This document shows, piece after piece, positions 29,459 through 45,726 of a stretch of DNA of 64,000 nucleotides; the stretch's first letter is position 1; every line of letters starts with the position of its first letter. The position numbers and the translations under genes were made by a program. The DNA is from Silanimonas sp. Lineage in GTDB: Bacteria; Pseudomonadota; Gammaproteobacteria; Xanthomonadales; Xanthomonadaceae. Under the pieces are notes generated by a model, which had not been told where the DNA came from, did no database searches, and was given only the letters and a program-made list of their open reading frames with translations. The stretch covers positions 4,296 to 68,295 of the forward strand of contig NZ_JAPZSC010000058.1 of NCBI RefSeq assembly GCF_027531545.1, read 5' to 3'.

Positions 29459-30609
29459 GGGGACGCTGGTGCGAAGAAGGGAGCGATGGGGGTGGCGACG
29501 GTGGCGCGGAGCGGGTCGAGCGGGGCATCGGTGGCGGCGATCACCGCGCCGCCCAAGCATTCCTCGCCACGGTAGAGCACCAGCGATTGGCCGGGCGTGA
29601 CGGCGCGCTGGGGTTCGTCGAAGTGGACGTCCACGCCCTGGTCGTCGCGGGGCAGGACGGTGCACGCCTGCGGCGGTTGGCGGTAGCGCACCTGCGCCTC
29701 GCAGCGCAGCGGGAACGTGGGCGGCTCGCCGGCGATCCAATGGAAGGCCTCGCTGCGCAGCGCCGAGGATTTCAGCAGCGGGGAGTCGCCCTGCTCGACG
29801 ACCAGCCGGTTGCGGGCCGCGTCCTTGCCGACCACGAACCAGGGCGCGTCGGGCCGGCCCCGGACGCCGCCGATCCGCAAGCCTTCGCGCTGCCCCAGGG
29901 TGTAGAACGCGATGCCGTCGTGGCGGCCAAGGACATCCCCCGAGGCATCGACGATCTCGCCGGGCGTGACCGCGATGTACTGGGCGAGGAATTCGCGGAA
30001 GTCGCGTTCGCCGATGAAGCAGATGCCCGTGCTGTCCTTCTTCTTCGCCGTCGCCAGGCCCAGCCGGGCGGCGATGGCCCGCACCTCGGTCTTCGGCAGC
30101 TCGCCCACGGGAAACAGCGTGCTCGCCAGCTGCGACTGACCCAGCTGGTGGAGGAAGTAGCTCTGGTCCTTCGAGGCGTCGACCCCGCGCAGCAGGCGCC
30201 AGCGCCCGTCGGCCTCGTCCACGCGGGCGTAGTGCCCGGTGGCGATTTTCTCCGCGCCCAGCGCCTTCGCCTCGTCGAGGAAGGTCTTGAACTTGATCTC
30301 GCGATTGCAGAGCACGTCGGGGTTCGGCGTGCGCCCGGCCCGGTACTCGGCGAGGAAGGTCTCGAAGACGCCGGACCAGTAATCGGCGGCGAAATTGCGC
30401 GCGATGAAGGGCAGGCCCAGCTGGCCGCAGACCTTCAGGGCGTCCCGGCGGTCGTCTTCGGCACGGCACTCGCCGCTGCCGTCCTCGTCCCAGTTCTGCA
30501 TGAACAGGCCGGCCAGGGACTCCCCGCGCTCGCGCAGCAGCCACGCCGCCACCGAGGAGTCGACACCGCCGGACATGCCGACGATGACGCGCGCCGAAAC
30601 GGCATTCAC
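29455..30609 (-). CDS. mnmA: tRNA 2-thiouridylase MnmA
   Basis: [45 protein letters not shown]. Confidence 0.98.
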   Translation of the reverse strand: MNAVSARVIVGMSGGVDSSVAAWLLRERGESLAGLFMQNWDEDGSGECRAEDDRRDALKVCGQLGLPFIARNFAADYWSGVFETFLAEYRAGRTPNPDVLCNREIKFKTFLDEAKALGAEKIATGHYARVDEADGRWRLLRGVDASKDQSYFLHQLGQSQLASTLFPVGELPKTEVRAIAARLGLATAKKKDSTGICFIGERDFREFLAQYIAVTPGEIVDASGDVLGRHDGIAFYTLGQREGLRIGGVRGRPDAPWFVVGKDAARNRLVVEQGDSPLLKSSALRSEAFHWIAGEPPTFPLRCEAQVRYRQPPQACTVLPRDDQGVDVHFDEPQRAVTPGQSLVLYRGEECLGGAVIAATDAPLDPLRATVATPIAPFFAPASP

Positions 30610-30619
30610 CGCCGGCCCC

Positions 30620-31099
30620 TCACAGCGCCGCCACCGACTCCAGCGGCAACCGGCGGCCGTCGAGGGCGTCCTGCACCACGCGCCAGACCAGCGGGCTGCG
30701 GTGTTCGGCCTCGCGGGCGCGCAATTCGGAGGGCGTCAGCCAGTGCGCCTGCACGATGCCGGCATCGAGAGGGCGCTCCGGGTGGTGGGCCACGGGCTCC
30801 GCGGTGAAGGCGAGGCGGAGGTAGCTGCGGCCGCTCTCCGGCGCCTGCCATTGGTAAGCGCCAACGAACGCGGTCAGCCGCACCGTCCAGCCGGTTTCCT
30901 CCAGCGTCTCCCGGATCGCGGCGTCGACGATGGCCTCGTCCGGCTCGAGGTGGCCGGCCGGCTGGTTCAGCACCCGGCGGCCTCCGACCTCTTCCTCCAC
31001 GACCAAGAGGCGGCCATCACGGAAGACGACGGTCGCGACGGTCACATCGGGTTGCCAGAAGCGGCCTTGGCGATAGCTCAACGCGGACTCCGCGGCCAT
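30620..31099 (-). CDS. nudJ: NUDIX hydrolase (NudJ/YmfB-like)
   Basis: [12 protein letters not shown]...[11 protein letters not shown] Nudix box; RSPLV; upstream of mnmA. Confidence 0.88.
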   Translation of the reverse strand: MAAESALSYRQGRFWQPDVTVATVVFRDGRLLVVEEEVGGRRVLNQPAGHLEPDEAIVDAAIRETLEETGWTVRLTAFVGAYQWQAPESGRSYLRLAFTAEPVAHHPERPLDAGIVQAHWLTPSELRAREAEHRSPLVWRVVQDALDGRRLPLESVAAL

Positions 31100-31217
31100 G
31101 CGGCGGCCGGATCGGGGAAAGCCCGCATTGTGACGCCGGCATCCGGCAGCGTCCACGTTCGTGCGCCGCGCTTCCGGCCCTTGCCGTCGCGCTCCGAGCG
31201 CCTCATATACTGGCCCC

Positions 31218-31544
31218 ATGAGCCAACACGAACGCCCCGATTCCGAACATGAACGCGGCCTCGCCGTCGAGACGGCCAAGCCCGAACTGGAACGCCCATC
31301 GCTGTACCGGGTGGTCCTGTTGAACGATGACTACACCCCGATGGATTTCGTCGTCGAGGTGTTGCAGGTGTTCTTCGGCATGAACCGCGAGAAAGCCACC
31401 CAGGTGATGCTGCACGTGCACACGCGCGGCAAAGGTGTCTGCGGCGTCTACACACGCGAAGTGGCAGAAACGAAAGTGTCGCAGGTGAACGATTTTTCCC
31501 GGACGCACCAGCATCCGCTGATGTGCACGATGGAAAAGGCCTGA
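31218..31544 (+). CDS. clpS: Clp protease adaptor ClpS
   Basis: [17 protein letters not shown]...MLHVHTRG...HPLMCTME. Confidence 0.97.
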   Translation: MSQHERPDSEHERGLAVETAKPELERPSLYRVVLLNDDYTPMDFVVEVLQVFFGMNREKATQVMLHVHTRGKGVCGVYTREVAETKVSQVNDFSRTHQHPLMCTMEKA

Positions 31545-31557
31545 GCCGCCCCCATAT
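31530..31557 (+). promoter_or_regulatory. Candidate sigma-32 promoter for clpA
   Basis: ATGGAA-N14-CCCCATAT spanning the clpS stop codon. Confidence 0.5.
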
Positions 31558-31583
31558 CCGGGTCATTGCCCTGGAGGCCCCGA

Positions 31584-33869
<2,286 letters not shown>

Positions 33870-33895
33870 GGCCCGGACTTCCGGGTCTCGAAACG

Positions 33896-33923
33896 AAAAA
33901 CGGCAGCCGAGGCTGCCGTTTTT
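33896..33923. terminator. Bidirectional intrinsic terminator between clpA and infA
   Basis: AAAAACGGCAGC-CGAG-GCTGCCGTTTTT. Confidence 0.9.
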
Positions 33924-33947
33924 CTTGGCATGGAGCGCGCGCGGCGC

Positions 33948-34166
33948 TTACTTCATGCGGTAGGTGATACGACCCTTGGTGAGGTCGTAGGGCGTCATTT
34001 CGACCTTGACCTTGTCACCCGTCAGGATCCGGATGTAGTTCTTGCGCATGCGGCCCGAGATGTGAGCCGTGATGACGTGGCCGTTTTCGAGCTTCACGCG
34101 GAACATGGTGTTCGGCAGCGTTTCGGTCACGGTGCCTTCGAACTCGATGGAATCGTCTTTTGACAT
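33948..34166 (-). CDS. infA: Translation initiation factor IF-1
   Basis: [13 protein letters not shown]...LPNTMFRV...[14 protein letters not shown]; 72 aa. Confidence 0.98.
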   Translation of the reverse strand: MSKDDSIEFEGTVTETLPNTMFRVKLENGHVITAHISGRMRKNYIRILTGDKVKVEMTPYDLTKGRITYRMK

Positions 34167-34282
34167 GCAGCGGGCTTCTGGCCTTGGCGGTCTGGGGCGG
34201 GAAAGGGGGTGAATCGAAGGCGCGGAGTGTGCCACGCCGGGCCGGCGCTTGCAAAAATCCGGTTAAGCGGGTCGGGCGGGGT

Positions 34283-35008
34283 TCAGTCCGCCAGCTGGCG
34301 GGCCGGGTAGGGCGTGCCCGCCCAGTCGAGGCTCGGCGCGCCCGAGGCGGTGCGGGCGAGGAAGGTCGAGAGGAACCGCGCCCGGGGCCAGACCTCGCCG
34401 CCCATGAAGCGCAGGTGCGGGTTCTCGATCTGGGCGTCGAACAGCGGCCAGCCCAGCTCGCCGAGGCGTCGGCCGAGGGCCGCGAGCGCCATTTTCGAGC
34501 CGCCGCTCTCGAGGCTGACCATGCTCTCGGCGTGGAAACCGGTGCCGACAGACACGCCATACAGCCCGCCGACCAGCCGTTCACCGTCCCAGACCTCGAC
34601 GCTGTGCGCATGCCCGAGCCGGTGCAGCTGGCCGTAGGCACGCTGCATCGCTGGCGTGATCCAGGTGCCGTCCTGGCCGGGCCGGGGCGCGCTGGCGCAG
34701 GCGGCGATCACGCGATCGAAGGCGGTGTTGAACCGAACCTCCCATGGGCTGCGGCGCAGTTCGCGTCGGAAGCGCGTCGAAAGCCGCACGCCCTCGCTGC
34801 GGAACACGAGGCGCTCCGACGGCGACCACCACAGGATGGGCTGGCCCTCGCTGAACCACGGGAACATCCCGGCGGCATAGGCATTCACCAGTCGCACGGG
34901 TGACAGGTCGCCACCGATGCACACCAGGCCATCGGGATCGTCGAGGGCGAGTTCGGCGGGCGGGAAGGGCGAGGCGGGGTCGGGCCCCAGCAGCAGGGGG
35001 CGCGTCAT
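34283..35008 (-). CDS. aat: Leucyl/phenylalanyl-tRNA--protein transferase
   Basis: GGDLSP...AY..GMFPWF..ILWWSP, TWIT, HAHSVEVW, LVGGLYGV. Confidence 0.95.
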   Translation of the reverse strand: MTRPLLLGPDPASPFPPAELALDDPDGLVCIGGDLSPVRLVNAYAAGMFPWFSEGQPILWWSPSERLVFRSEGVRLSTRFRRELRRSPWEVRFNTAFDRVIAACASAPRPGQDGTWITPAMQRAYGQLHRLGHAHSVEVWDGERLVGGLYGVSVGTGFHAESMVSLESGGSKMALAALGRRLGELGWPLFDAQIENPHLRFMGGEVWPRARFLSTFLARTASGAPSLDWAGTPYPARQLAD

Positions 35009-36129
35009 GGCGAGCGGAAGGGCGAGTGCGCCGCCAGCGACTCGCGATAGCGCCGCGTGGCCTCGCGCTCGGCCGCGCACCAGCGCTTCAGCGCGTCATG
35101 GAAGCGTGGTTCGGCCAGCCAGTGCCGGCTGCGCGTGCGCGTGGGCAGGAAGCCGCGGGCGATTTTGTGTTCGCCTTGGGCGCCGGGCTCGAACCGGTCG
35201 AGCCCATGCTCGATGCAGTAGGCGATGCCCTGGTGGTAGCAAGCCTCGAAATGCAGGCCCGGCACATCGACCATGGCCCCCCAGTAGCGGCCGTAGAGCG
35301 TGTCGTCCGAGCGCAGGCACAGTGCGCCGGCGATCGCCTCGCCCTCGCGCTCGGCGAGGATCAGCACCACCGCATCGGGCAGGGCCTCGCACAGGTGCTG
35401 GAAGAAGGCCTCCGTCATCGCCGCGTGGTTCCACTTCTCGGCGAATGTCTGCACGTAGAAGCGGTGCATCGCGGCCATCGGTTCACCGCGGGCGGCTCGG
35501 CCGTCCAGCACGCGGAGGCGCACGCCGGCCTCGCACACCTTGCGGCGATCCGCCTTCAGGTTCTTGCGGCGCTTGTGGTCGAGGGCGCCGAGGAAGTCAT
35601 CGAAAGTGCGCCACGACGGATCGCGCGTCCAATGGAACTGCACGTCCTCGCGAGCGAGCCAGCTCGCGTCGAAGGCATCGAGATCGGCGGCATCGAGGAA
35701 ATTCGAGTGCAGCGAATGCAGGCCGAGCGCCGGTGCCGCCTCGCGCATGGCCTCCAGCAGCGTCCGCTTCGAACCATCGTCAACCGACAGCAGGCGCGGC
35801 CCGGTGACGGGTGAGTAGGGCACGCCGATCAGCCACTTCGGGTAGTAGTCGAGGCCGTACTGCGCGTAGGCGTTCGCCCAGGCGTGGTCGAACACGAACT
35901 CGCCGTGCGAGTTTCCTTTCGCGTAGGCCGGTGCGGCGGCGAGCAGGGCGTCGCCCTCCCACAATGCCGCGTGCAAAGGCGTCCAACCGTACTCGGGGTC
36001 GAGGCAGCCATGCGCCTCGAGCCCCGCGAGGAAGGCGTGTGAGGTGAACGGGTGGCCGCCGCGGTTCAGCGCGTCCCACGTCGATGCGGGGATCTCGTCG
36101 AGCCGGCGATGGAGGCGGAGCTCGGGCAT
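35005..36129 (-). CDS. GNAT/FemAB-like family protein
   Basis: SHGEFVFDHAWA, YYPKW, PYSPVTGPRL, LYGRYWG, LHFEACYHQGI, GAQGEHK..RGF; stop overlaps the aat start. Confidence 0.88.
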   Translation of the reverse strand: MPELRLHRRLDEIPASTWDALNRGGHPFTSHAFLAGLEAHGCLDPEYGWTPLHAALWEGDALLAAAPAYAKGNSHGEFVFDHAWANAYAQYGLDYYPKWLIGVPYSPVTGPRLLSVDDGSKRTLLEAMREAAPALGLHSLHSNFLDAADLDAFDASWLAREDVQFHWTRDPSWRTFDDFLGALDHKRRKNLKADRRKVCEAGVRLRVLDGRAARGEPMAAMHRFYVQTFAEKWNHAAMTEAFFQHLCEALPDAVVLILAEREGEAIAGALCLRSDDTLYGRYWGAMVDVPGLHFEACYHQGIAYCIEHGLDRFEPGAQGEHKIARGFLPTRTRSRHWLAEPRFHDALKRWCAAEREATRRYRESLAAHSPFRSP

Positions 36130-36146
36130 CGCCGGCCGCGCCGCGC

Positions 36147-37235
<1,089 letters not shown>

Positions 37236-37284
37236 TCATTCGTTCAACGCGCGCGTCCCGCGCCGCCCCCTGGAGCCCAGCACC

Positions 37285-38352
<1,068 letters not shown>

Positions 38353-38401
38353 GCCCCGCGCGCTACACTCCCTGCGGCAAGTTCGCGCAGGGAGTGGATG
38401 C

Positions 38402-40720
38402 GTGCTGATGCAGGGCGTGGAGGGCAGGGCACTGGACCGCAAACAGAAGCTGTGGCGCGAAGTGGCGCTGGTGGTTGCCGCGCCGGCCCTGCTTTACCTG
38501 TTCGCCAGCCTGGTCAGCTACTCCTCGGCCGATCCCGGCTGGTCCCGGACCGGCAGCGTGGCCGGCGAGATCCAGAATTTCGGCGGCCCCGCCGGCGCCT
38601 ACATCGCGGATTTCGCCTTCGGCCTGTTCGGCTGGATGGCCTACACCCTGCCCCTGATCCTCGGGGGCATCACTTGGGTGGCTCTGTTCGGGATGGACAG
38701 CGACGGCGACGGCCAGGTCGATCTCGGCCCGGCCCTGCGCCTCGTGGGCATCGTCGGCGTACTCGTCGCCGGCACCGGCCTCATGCAGCTCTGGTTCGGC
38801 GCGTCCTCGGCCTTGCCGACCACCTCCTCAGGGGGCGTGCTCGGCGAGCTGGTCGGCCGGTCCGTCACTGTCGTGTTCGGGTTGGCCGGCGGCCATCTGC
38901 TGCTGCTTGCACTGGTGCTGGTGTCGATCACGCTGGCCACGGGGATGTCGTGGTTCGCCGTGATGGAGTGGATCGGCGCCCGCATCCTCGGTCTGTTCGA
39001 GCGCGCCAAGGCCGGCCGCGAGCAGGCCGCGGAATGGCAGCGAACCCGCGTGATGCGCGAGGAACGCGAGGAAGTCCGCAAGGTCGAGACGCAGAAGCGT
39101 GCCAAGCGCGAGCCGGTCCACATCGAGGCCCCGGCCCCGGCCGTCGTGGAGAAGAGCGAGCGGGCCAAGCGCGAGCAGCAGATCCCGCTGTTCAACGCCG
39201 TGCCGGAAGGCGGCCTGCCGCCGCTTTCGCTCCTCGACGAGCCCAAGGTGCAGGAGCGCGGCTACAGCGAGGAAACGCTGGAAACGCTCTCGCGCCAGAT
39301 CGAATTCAAGCTCAAGGACTTCCGCATCGACGTGCAGGTGGTCGGCGCCTATCCGGGCCCGGTCATCACCCGCTTCGAGATGGAGCCGGCGCCCGGCGTC
39401 AAGGGCAGCCAGATCAATTCGCTCGACAAGGACATCGCCCGCGGTCTCTCGGTGAAGTCGGTGCGCGTGGTCGACGTGATCCCCGGCAAGTCGGTGGTCG
39501 GCCTCGAAATCCCGAACACCAAGCGCGAGATGATCTTCCTCTCGGAGATGCTGCGCTCGAAGGAGTACGACAAGTCGCCGAGCCCGCTTACGCTGGCGCT
39601 CGGCAAGGACATCGCTGGCCGGCCCACGGTGGCCGATCTCGCGCGCATGCCGCACCTGCTCGTCGCCGGCACCACCGGCTCGGGCAAGTCGGTGGCGGTC
39701 AACGCGATGGTGCTCTCGCTGCTCTACAAGGCCTCCGCCAAGGACGTGCGGATGCTGATGATCGACCCGAAGATGCTGGAGCTCTCGGTCTACCAGGGCA
39801 TCCCGCACCTGCTGGCGCCGGTCGTCACCGACATGAAGGAAGCGGCGAACGGCCTGCGCTGGTGCGTGGCCGAGATGGAGCGCCGCTACAAGCTGATGAG
39901 CGCCGTCGGCGTGCGCAACCTGGCGGGCTTCAACCGCAAGGTGAAGGACGCCCGCGACGCCGGCCAGCCGCTGATGGACCCGCTGTTCAAGCCGAACCCG
40001 GAGCTCGGCGAGCAGCCGCGCCCGTTGGAGGAGCTGCCCTACATCGTCGTCTTCATCGACGAATTCGCCGACATGATGATGATTGTCGGGAAGAAGGTCG
40101 AAGAACTCATCGCCCGTCTGGCGCAGAAAGCCCGCGCCGCCGGTATCCACCTGATCCTCGCCACCCAGCGCCCGTCGGTCGACGTCATCACCGGCCTGAT
40201 CAAGGCCAACATCCCGACCCGCATCGCGTTCCAGGTCAGCTCGAAGATCGACTCGCGCACGATCCTCGACCAGTCCGGCGCGGAAACGCTGCTCGGCCAC
40301 GGCGACATGCTCTACCTGCCGCCGGGCACGGCGCTGCCGGAGCGCGTGCACGGCGCCTTCGTCAGCGACGAGGAAGTGCATCGCGTCGTCGAGTTCCTGA
40401 AGCAGCATGGCGGTGGCGCGGATTACGTCGAGGGCGTGCTGGCCGAGGTGCAGACGCTGGGCGACGGCACCGTGGTCGGCGCCAGCGGCCTGCCGGAGGC
40501 CGCCAGCAGCGACGACAGCGAGAACGATCCGCTCTACGACCAGGCCGTTGTCTTCGTCACCGAGAGCCGAAAGGCCTCGATTTCGTCGGTGCAGCGGCGC
40601 CTGAAGATCGGCTACAACCGCGCCGCGCGCCTCGTCGAAGCCATGGAGCACGCCGGCATCGTCTCGCCGGCCGAGCACAACGGCGACCGCATGGTGATCG
40701 CGCCGCCTCCGCCGCGGTGA
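38402..40720 (+). CDS. ftsK: DNA translocase FtsK
   Basis: N-terminal TM domain; [30 protein letters not shown]; gamma domain [11 protein letters not shown]. Confidence 0.97.
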   Translation: MLMQGVEGRALDRKQKLWREVALVVAAPALLYLFASLVSYSSADPGWSRTGSVAGEIQNFGGPAGAYIADFAFGLFGWMAYTLPLILGGITWVALFGMDSDGDGQVDLGPALRLVGIVGVLVAGTGLMQLWFGASSALPTTSSGGVLGELVGRSVTVVFGLAGGHLLLLALVLVSITLATGMSWFAVMEWIGARILGLFERAKAGREQAAEWQRTRVMREEREEVRKVETQKRAKREPVHIEAPAPAVVEKSERAKREQQIPLFNAVPEGGLPPLSLLDEPKVQERGYSEETLETLSRQIEFKLKDFRIDVQVVGAYPGPVITRFEMEPAPGVKGSQINSLDKDIARGLSVKSVRVVDVIPGKSVVGLEIPNTKREMIFLSEMLRSKEYDKSPSPLTLALGKDIAGRPTVADLARMPHLLVAGTTGSGKSVAVNAMVLSLLYKASAKDVRMLMIDPKMLELSVYQGIPHLLAPVVTDMKEAANGLRWCVAEMERRYKLMSAVGVRNLAGFNRKVKDARDAGQPLMDPLFKPNPELGEQPRPLEELPYIVVFIDEFADMMMIVGKKVEELIARLAQKARAAGIHLILATQRPSVDVITGLIKANIPTRIAFQVSSKIDSRTILDQSGAETLLGHGDMLYLPPGTALPERVHGAFVSDEEVHRVVEFLKQHGGGADYVEGVLAEVQTLGDGTVVGASGLPEAASSDDSENDPLYDQAVVFVTESRKASISSVQRRLKIGYNRAARLVEAMEHAGIVSPAEHNGDRMVIAPPPPR

Positions 40721-40784
40721 CGCCTCCGTTCAGTCGCGACGCCGGACACTTCCCGGCGTCCTTTCCGGCCCGAATCGCCTTCCG

Positions 40785-41450
40785 ATGACGACCCCGACCC
40801 TGTTCCGCACCGCCATCGTCGCCCTGATGCTTGCGCCCGCCCTGGCCGCGGCCAGCGCTGGGCGCGAGGCGATCACCCGCTTCTCCACCGACCTGCGCAG
40901 CCTCGATGGCCGCTTCGCGCAGCAGGTGTTCGACGCCAACGGCACCGCCACCGACCGCAGCGAAGGCCGCATCTCGCTGAAGGCGCCGCGCCAGTTCCGC
41001 TGGGAGTACCAGCAGCCGTACCCGCAGTTGATCGTCGCCGATGGCGACCACCTATGGCTGTACGACCCGGACCTCGAGCAGGTGACGGTGCGCGTGCAGA
41101 GCTACGAGGAGCAGTCGAGCCCGCTCGCCGCGCTGATCGATCCTGGCGAGCTCGATCGCCAATTCGTCGTGAGCGAAGGCGGGCGGTCTGAAGGTTTGAC
41201 ATGGGTCGATCTGAAGGCGCGCAAGCCGGAAGACTCGGCCGTGCAGGCGGCGAAGCTCGGCTTCAGCGCCGACGGCCTTGCGAGCATGGTGTTCGAGGAC
41301 CAGCTCGGCCAGCGCACCGAAGTGCGCTTCAGCCAGTGGAAGCGCAATGGCGCTCTGCCGGCCGACCTGTTCCGCTTCACCCCGCCCGAGGGCGTGGACG
41401 TGGTGGGCGAGACCCGCGACAGCGCCGAAGTGCGCCCGCTGCAGGAGTGA
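40785..41450 (+). CDS. lolA: Lipoprotein chaperone LolA
   Basis: Signal peptide; KAPRQFRWEY, IVADG..LWLYDPDLEQVT; position after ftsK. Confidence 0.95.
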   Translation: MTTPTLFRTAIVALMLAPALAAASAGREAITRFSTDLRSLDGRFAQQVFDANGTATDRSEGRISLKAPRQFRWEYQQPYPQLIVADGDHLWLYDPDLEQVTVRVQSYEEQSSPLAALIDPGELDRQFVVSEGGRSEGLTWVDLKARKPEDSAVQAAKLGFSADGLASMVFEDQLGQRTEVRFSQWKRNGALPADLFRFTPPEGVDVVGETRDSAEVRPLQE

Positions 41451-42766
41451 GCGCGCCGCTCGCCGAGCGCATGCGGCCGCGCGACCTCGACGAGGTCGTG
41501 GGCCAGCGCCGGCTGCTGGATCCGAAGGCGGCCCTGCGTCGCGCACTCGACGCTGGGCGCGTGCACTCGATGATCCTCTGGGGGCCGCCGGGCTGCGGCA
41601 AGACCACGCTCGCGCGCCTCGTCGCAGCGCAAAGCAGCGCGCGCTTCCATTCGATCTCGGCGGTGATGAGCGGCTTGCCCGAGGTGCGCAAGGTGCTCGC
41701 CGAGGCGGCCGAAGCCTTCGCGCGAGGCGAGCGCACGGTGCTGTTCGTCGACGAGGTGCACCGCTTCAACAAGACGCAGCAGGACGCCTTCCTGCCGCAC
41801 ATCGAGGCCGGCCATATCGTCTTCGTCGGTGCGACGACCGAGAACCCGAGCTTCGAACTGAACTCCGCGCTGCTTTCGCGCTGCCGCGTGCACGTGCTCG
41901 AAGCGGTATCCGCCGCGGACATCGCCGAGGCCCTCCACCGCGCGCTGCTCGACCCGGTGCGCGGCCTTGGCACGCTGGGCCTCGGCGTGGACGACGACAC
42001 CCTCGCCACCATTGCCCAGGCCGCGGACGGCGACGTGCGCCGGGCGCTGACCCTGCTGGAGATCGCCGCGGAGATCGCCGAGGGCGGACGCATCGACGCG
42101 GCCACGCTGTCGCAGGTGCTGGCCGATCGCACGCGCCGCTTCGACAAGCAGGGCGAGCAGTTCTACGACCAGATCTCCGCCCTGCACAAGTCCGTGCGCA
42201 GCTCCGACCCCGACGCGGCGATCTACTGGCTGGCCCGGATGCTCGATGGCGGCTGCGATCCGGCCTACCTCGCACGCCGGCTCACGCGCATGGCTGTCGA
42301 GGACATCGGCCTCGCCGATCCGCGTGCGCTCGACATGGCCATCGCCGCCTGGGAAACCTTCGACCGCCTCGGTGCGCCGGAAGGCGAACTGGCGCTGGCA
42401 CAACTCACGCTGTATCTCGCCAGCTGCGCCAAGAGCAACGCCGGCTACGTCGCGTGGAAGGCCGCCAAGGCCGACGTGGCGAAGCACGGCACGCTTGAGG
42501 TGCCGATGCCACTGCGCAATGCACCGACCGCGCTGATGAAGGGTCTGGGCTATGGGCAGGGCTACCAGTACGACCCGGACGTGGCCGGCGGCGTGGCCCT
42601 CGACCAGGTCTGCCTGCCAGAGGCACTCGAAGGGCGTGTGTACTACCAGCCGGTCGCCCGAGGGATGGAGATCAAGCTGAAAGAGAAGCTCGACAGCCTG
42701 CGCGAAGCGCGCGCGGCGGCCCGTGCCGGGCGTGGTGCGAAGGCGCGCGGGGGCGAGGGCGCATGA
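41447..42766 (+). CDS. rarA: Replication-associated recombination protein A
   Basis: PLAERMRP, WGPPGCGKTT, VDEVHRFNKTQQD, SALHKSVR; GTG start overlaps the lolA stop. Confidence 0.96.
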   Translation: MSAPLAERMRPRDLDEVVGQRRLLDPKAALRRALDAGRVHSMILWGPPGCGKTTLARLVAAQSSARFHSISAVMSGLPEVRKVLAEAAEAFARGERTVLFVDEVHRFNKTQQDAFLPHIEAGHIVFVGATTENPSFELNSALLSRCRVHVLEAVSAADIAEALHRALLDPVRGLGTLGLGVDDDTLATIAQAADGDVRRALTLLEIAAEIAEGGRIDAATLSQVLADRTRRFDKQGEQFYDQISALHKSVRSSDPDAAIYWLARMLDGGCDPAYLARRLTRMAVEDIGLADPRALDMAIAAWETFDRLGAPEGELALAQLTLYLASCAKSNAGYVAWKAAKADVAKHGTLEVPMPLRNAPTALMKGLGYGQGYQYDPDVAGGVALDQVCLPEALEGRVYYQPVARGMEIKLKEKLDSLREARAAARAGRGAKARGGEGA

Positions 42767-43170
42767 ACCCCACGCACCTCGCGCTGGCGATGCTGGGCGG
42801 CGCGCTGGGCGCCGGATTGCGCTACTGGCTGGGCGCCTCGCTGCTTCAGAAGTTCGGCGACGGCCTGCCTTGGGGCACCTTGGCCGCGAACCTTGGCGGC
42901 AGTTTCCTCGCCGGCCTGCTGTTCGCAGTGCTGGCAGGGCGCGGTTCGCTCGGTGATGCCCTGAGGGCCCTGCTGATCGTCGGGCTGATGGGTGGGCTCA
43001 CCACGTATTCGGCCCTGATGCTGGAACTGATGGCATTCCATCGCGGTGGCCATCCGGAGCGCGCGCTGGGCTACCTCGCCCTGACCTTGGCCGCGGGCTT
43101 GGCCCTCGTATGGCTGGGCCTGCGCCTTGGCGAGGCCCTTCGCGGCCCGATGCCCTCGTCGCTGGGCTGA
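42763..43170 (+). CDS. crcB: Fluoride channel Fluc/CrcB
   Basis: GGALGAGLRY, WGTLAAN, GLMGGLTTYS; four TM segments. Confidence 0.9.
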   Translation: MNPTHLALAMLGGALGAGLRYWLGASLLQKFGDGLPWGTLAANLGGSFLAGLLFAVLAGRGSLGDALRALLIVGLMGGLTTYSALMLELMAFHRGGHPERALGYLALTLAAGLALVWLGLRLGEALRGPMPSSLG

Positions 43171-43224
43171 CGGGTGTTGCGGGCGACGCCTGCCATGGCG
43201 TGGTGGCTGGGGCGCAAGCGATAA

Positions 43225-44532
<1,308 letters not shown>

Positions 44533-44542
44533 GCAATCCCCG

Positions 44543-45469
44543 ATGAGTAGCGGCGAACTCGACCTCAACGACCTGAAGCTGTTCGCCCTCGTCGTCGAGC
44601 ATGGCGGCTATGCCGCCGCCGAGCGCGCCTCCGGCGTGCCGAAGTCCCGGCTGTCGCGGCGCATCGCCCAGCTCGAGGAGGATTTCGGCGTCCGCCTGAT
44701 CCAGCGCTCGACGCGCAAGTTCGCGGTCACCGAGGTCGGCCAGAACGTCTTCAAGCACGCGCAGTCGATGCTGGCGCAAGCACAGGCCGCGCAGGAGGCG
44801 GTGCAGGTGCTCAGCGCCGAGCCGCGCGGCGTCGTGCGCGTGAGTTGCCCGGTCTCGCTGTCGCAGCGCCTGCTCTCGCGCGTGGTGCCGGGTTTCCTGA
44901 TCAAGCATCCGAAGGTGCGCCTGCAGGTGCACGTGGCGAACCGCCGCGTCGACGTGATCGAGGAAGGCTTCGACGTCGCCCTGCGCGTGCGCACCAAGCT
45001 GGATACCGACGGCGACCTCGCGATGCGCCGCTTCGGCGAATTCCGCGAGCTGCTGGTCGCCAGCCCGATCTACCTCGCCCGCCATGGCCGCCCCATCGAT
45101 CCGGAAGCCCTCGCGGACCACGTCACGCTGAGCATGAGCGAGGACGATGCGCGGCAGGTCTGGGAACTGCACGGCCCGAACGGCGAGACCCGCAAGGTCG
45201 AGATCAAGCCGCGCTTGATGGCGCTCGACTTCCCGCTGCTGCAGGAAGCCGCGATGGCCGGCATCGGCATCGCCCTGATGCCCGAGGCCGCCTGCGTCGA
45301 TGCCGTGCGCGCCGGGCGCCTCGAAGTGGTGATGCCGGCCTGGAGCCTGGAGCAGGGCATCTTCCACGCCGTGTTTCCCTCGCGACGCGGCCAGCTGCCG
45401 GCGGTGCGCGCCTTCATCGACCACATGGTCGAGGAGTTTCCGCGCCTGATGGGCGAGGCGAGGCTGTAA
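44543..45469 (+). CDS. LysR-family regulator (CrgA/DmlR-like)
   Basis: DLNDLKLF...AA...SRLSRRIAQLE...RLIQRSTRK; DVIEEGFDVALR. Confidence 0.93.
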   Translation: MSSGELDLNDLKLFALVVEHGGYAAAERASGVPKSRLSRRIAQLEEDFGVRLIQRSTRKFAVTEVGQNVFKHAQSMLAQAQAAQEAVQVLSAEPRGVVRVSCPVSLSQRLLSRVVPGFLIKHPKVRLQVHVANRRVDVIEEGFDVALRVRTKLDTDGDLAMRRFGEFRELLVASPIYLARHGRPIDPEALADHVTLSMSEDDARQVWELHGPNGETRKVEIKPRLMALDFPLLQEAAMAGIGIALMPEAACVDAVRAGRLEVVMPAWSLEQGIFHAVFPSRRGQLPAVRAFIDHMVEEFPRLMGEARL

Positions 45470-45520
45470 CGCAGGTTGCGGCTGCGGCCCAGGAAGGCCG
45501 CGGCTACAATGCCCGCACCC

Positions 45521-45610
45521 GGAGAGATGGCCGAGTGGTTTAAGGCAGCGGTCTTGAAAACCGCCGAAGGGTAAAACCTTCCGTGGGTTCGAATCCCACT
45601 CTCTCCGCCA
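45521..45610 (+). tRNA. tRNA-Ser, anticodon UGA
   Basis: Acceptor GGAGAGA/TCTCTCC plus G-CCA; anticodon arm GCGGT-CTTGAAA-ACCGC; long variable arm; GTTCGAAT T-loop. Confidence 0.98.
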
Positions 45611-45622
45611 CAAGAATAATAA

Positions 45623-45635
45623 AATCAATAACTTA
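45623..45635 (+). promoter_or_regulatory. IHF binding site
   Basis: AATCAA-TAAC-TTA, perfect WATCAANNNNTTR, 13 bp after the tRNA CCA. Confidence 0.75.
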
Positions 45636-45726
45636 ATTTGATCTTTCCGGTTGGCTTTGCCATAGCCTCTACCATCCCGGGATTGCTTGAAGATTGATGC
45701 CGGCGGGCGGCCCCAACTGTGGTCGC

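Noticed and set aside
42700-42766. Fluoride riboswitch before crcB
   Set aside because: crcB overlaps the rarA stop; no leader or riboswitch motif is visible
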